Part shown: positions 62,152-64,000 of the stretch, piece after piece
Position numbering within the stretch: the stretch's first letter is position 1
Layout of the letters: each line of letters starts with the position of its first letter
NCBI GenBank assembly: GCA_963763325.1
Contig: CAVXOL010000022.1
Location: 16,737 to 80,736 of the forward strand
Length of the DNA stretch: 64,000 nt
Direction: 5' to 3'
DNA from: an uncultured Chloroflexia bacterium
GTDB taxonomy: Bacteria > Chloroflexota > Chloroflexia > Thermomicrobiales > CFX8
The notes under the pieces: model-generated
The model's input: the letters and a program-made list of their open reading frames with translations, nothing else
Databases searched by the model: none
What the model was told of the DNA's origin: nothing
Position numbers and translations under genes: made by a program

Positions 62152-62388
62152 ATGGCAGTACGCAAGCGCACTCGAAAACTTGATGACAGCCTGGTTGAGT
62201 TGAAGTCACCGATCGATGACGAGGGACGCGAACGGCTTCGCAATGACCCCAGCGTCCGGTATCGAAAGCGTGACCCGAATACGCCGCCGCGTGTGGTTGA
62301 GCCGTGGGTGACCGTTATTGAACCAGTCGATGTCCTCTGGCTGCTTGGTCGCCGCACGGAGGATGGCGAACAGTGCCGGATTCGATGA
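62152..62388 (+). CDS. Small ORF upstream of the PIN-like gene (possible antitoxin remnant)
   Basis: The call rests on position only. The 78-aa ORF overlaps the start of the PIN-like reading frame, lies in a low-GC islet, and has no recognisable DNA-binding motif. Confidence 0.25.
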   Translation: MAVRKRTRKLDDSLVELKSPIDDEGRERLRNDPSVRYRKRDPNTPPRVVEPWVTVIEPVDVLWLLGRRTEDGEQCRIR

Positions 62389-62890
62389 GGTGACCGCATC
62401 CATTCGCGATGTGTACCTCGATACGAGCCTCGATTTGTGCGGCAGTCGTCCGGGATAGTCGCCACCATGCCGCTGCACGGGCCTATTGCGAAGCACTCGT
62501 TGCTGGCCGAGTCCGCGTATATATGTCGCAACTACTTCGAATTGAGTTGTTGCAAGCGATGCGCGCACTGGCAACGGTTCCAGAGGGTTTACCCGGCAGT
62601 ATGCGACGCCGATTTCGGCTTGGTCACTGGGGTGATGATCTCGCCGTGCGTGATGGGTGGATGCAAATCGGAATGGCGCAGTTCGACGGACTGGTCGGAT
62701 CAATTCAGCGAAGTCTACGAACTAGCCGTCGATCTTCTCAGCATGGGAGCAGGTAGCGGCGTTGATGACGCGCTATCACCTCAATTCGTAGATGCGCTCC
62801 ATGCCGCAACGGCGATCGAGGCGGGAATCTCAACCCTTGCGACACTGGACGTCGATTTCTGCCCGCGTTACAAGCTTGAATGTCGAAGTC
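62363..62890 (+). pseudogene. PIN-domain (VapC-like) toxin remnant, at least 2 frameshifts
   Basis: 'MANSAGFDEVTASIRDVYLDTS' in frame a. 'ICAAVVRDSRHHAAARAYCEALVAGRVRVYMSQLLRIELLQA' in frame b. 'VDALHAATAIEAGISTLATLDVDF' in frame c. The order and acidic residues (D...E...D...D) fit a PIN fold. Confidence 0.5.
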
Positions 62891-62918
62891 GTTCGCTAGT
62901 TCCCCCGACAACGAGTCG

Positions 62919-64000
62919 CTAGACCGGTCTAATCTGGTAGATGACGCCGCGACCGGTGTCGAGGACGTAGAGAGAGCCGTCGAGGCTGCTGGCCATTGCG
63001 GTTGGGCGGTCGAACCCGGTGATGAAGTCGACGATGGCAGCCGGGCCGGAGGCGCTGGAACCACTCGACGGGGTTGCGACGCCGGGACGATCGTCGGGGC
63101 GGGAGGGCTGGAGGCGGACAATGCGGCTGTCGGCGAGGGCGAGCATGTCCTGATATGGGTCGCCGGAGGTGCCGTCGGGACGGTAGAGGACGAGGTCCCG
63201 GATGGTTGAGAACTGCGAGGCGTCGAGCAGGATTCGCTCAGTCCCGCTCTCTGGCAGGTATTGGGTGAGCTGGCCGGCATCGTCAATCAGCCAGATTGCT
63301 CCGGCGTCGTCGACGACCAGTGATGTGACGGTTCCGGCGTCGCGGCTGGATGATTCGATGTCTTCTTCGTCGAGCGCGTCCGGCCCGATCTCGTAGAGCC
63401 CTGCCGAGCCGGTTGTCGGTGTCGCGGAGCTGGTCGTGGTTGTGCGGTCGCCGGTCAGGTAGAGCGTTGCTTCCGGGCCCGGCGCGAGGTGGACGGATTC
63501 GCGCTCGAAGCTGCCGTCGATGATGGCTTCGCTGCTGTCGGCGACGCCGTTTGCGTCCAGATCGTGGTAACGGTGCAGGCCGCTGTCGTCTACGACATAC
63601 AGGTCGGTCCCGGCCCAGATGAAGCCGGCGGGGTTGGCCAGATGCTCGACGAGGGTGGTCGGTTCGTCGTCGGGCTTGCGTGGGTCGAGCAGCTCGATCC
63701 GACCGTCGCTATAGCCCAGCGCAAGCTTGCCGTCGGGGGTGACGGCAATGTCGTAGACATCGCCGACTTCGGCGAGGGCGACGGCGCGGTAGCCGTCCGG
63801 AAGCGAGAGGCCGGCAGCCTCGTCCATGAGCGGGAGGACCTGGCGCTGCTCGGAAACGGCAGCCTCCGCGCCAGGGTCGTTGCCGTAGCGCCAGTGGTAG
63901 TAGTGGCGTCCGGCGCTGGTCAGGCTGAAGCGTTCGGCCAGCGGCAGATCGGGCGTGTAGACGACGACACGGCGCTCGAAGAGTTGGACAAGGCTGATCC
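62919..64000 (-). CDS. Beta-propeller repeat protein (NHL/SGL/soluble sugar dehydrogenase-like), 5' end outside the window
   Basis: ORF 62919..63827 extends upstream in frame to the window edge ('ISLVQLFERRVVVYTPDLPLAERF...'). Repeated 'G.LYV.D..G.I' blades end in 'SLDGSLYVLDTGRGVIYQIRPV*'. Confidence 0.6.
   Translation of the reverse strand, partial: ISLVQLFERRVVVYTPDLPLAERFSLTSAGRHYYHWRYGNDPGAEAAVSEQRQVLPLMDEAAGLSLPDGYRAVALAEVGDVYDIAVTPDGKLALGYSDGRIELLDPRKPDDEPTTLVEHLANPAGFIWAGTDLYVVDDSGLHRYHDLDANGVADSSEAIIDGSFERESVHLAPGPEATLYLTGDRTTTTSSATPTTGSAGLYEIGPDALDEEDIESSSRDAGTVTSLVVDDAGAIWLIDDAGQLTQYLPESGTERILLDASQFSTIRDLVLYRPDGTSGDPYQDMLALADSRIVRLQPSRPDDRPGVATPSSGSSASGPAAIVDFITGFDRPTAMASSLDGSLYVLDTGRGVIYQIRPV

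Overview
High-GC bacterial chromosomal segment. The gene content and repeat style look Chloroflexota/Thermomicrobia-like, but that is inference only. I see about 60 genes and no rRNA, tRNA or CRISPR. Recognisable blocks are: (1) a GH65 phosphorylase with pgmB. (2) A run of transporters: DedA, AI-2E, TRIC, an ABM-NhaA fusion and CPA1. (3) A cobalamin-riboswitch-controlled operon at 16.7-22.2 kb, encoding two extracytoplasmic proteins that together resemble a split transcobalamin, plus ECF T and fused A components. (4) lon, darA and recA, the last with a sigma70-like promoter and an SOS-box-like site. (5) A protocatechuate branch cluster, pcaHG/pcaCB. (6) phoX and an SH3b-NlpC/P60 hydrolase. (7) hisH-hisA-[coiled-coil gene]-hisF. 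(8) A tsaE-tsaB-rimI-tsaD operon. (9) A P450. Three features are unusual. First, there are several families of long palindromic repeats. One is a REP/REPIN family clustered around a frameshifted RAYT (Y1) transposase. Another is a C4TC4/G4AG4-rich nested palindrome, present once as a perfect 50-bp inverted repeat read in frame inside the ECF ATPase gene. Second, a 0.85-kb REP-bracketed segment is almost purely G/A on one strand and contains G21 and G14 runs. Third, about 20 genes carry frameshifts, and these are strongly clustered: D-aminoacylase, P-type ATPase, lon, hisA/hisH and an oxidoreductase are hit repeatedly, while blocks several kb long are clean. Conserved motifs survive in the shifted genes, so assembly or consensus error has to be excluded before calling these pseudogenes. 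The ORF track omits ORFs that run off the window; both edges carry partial genes.
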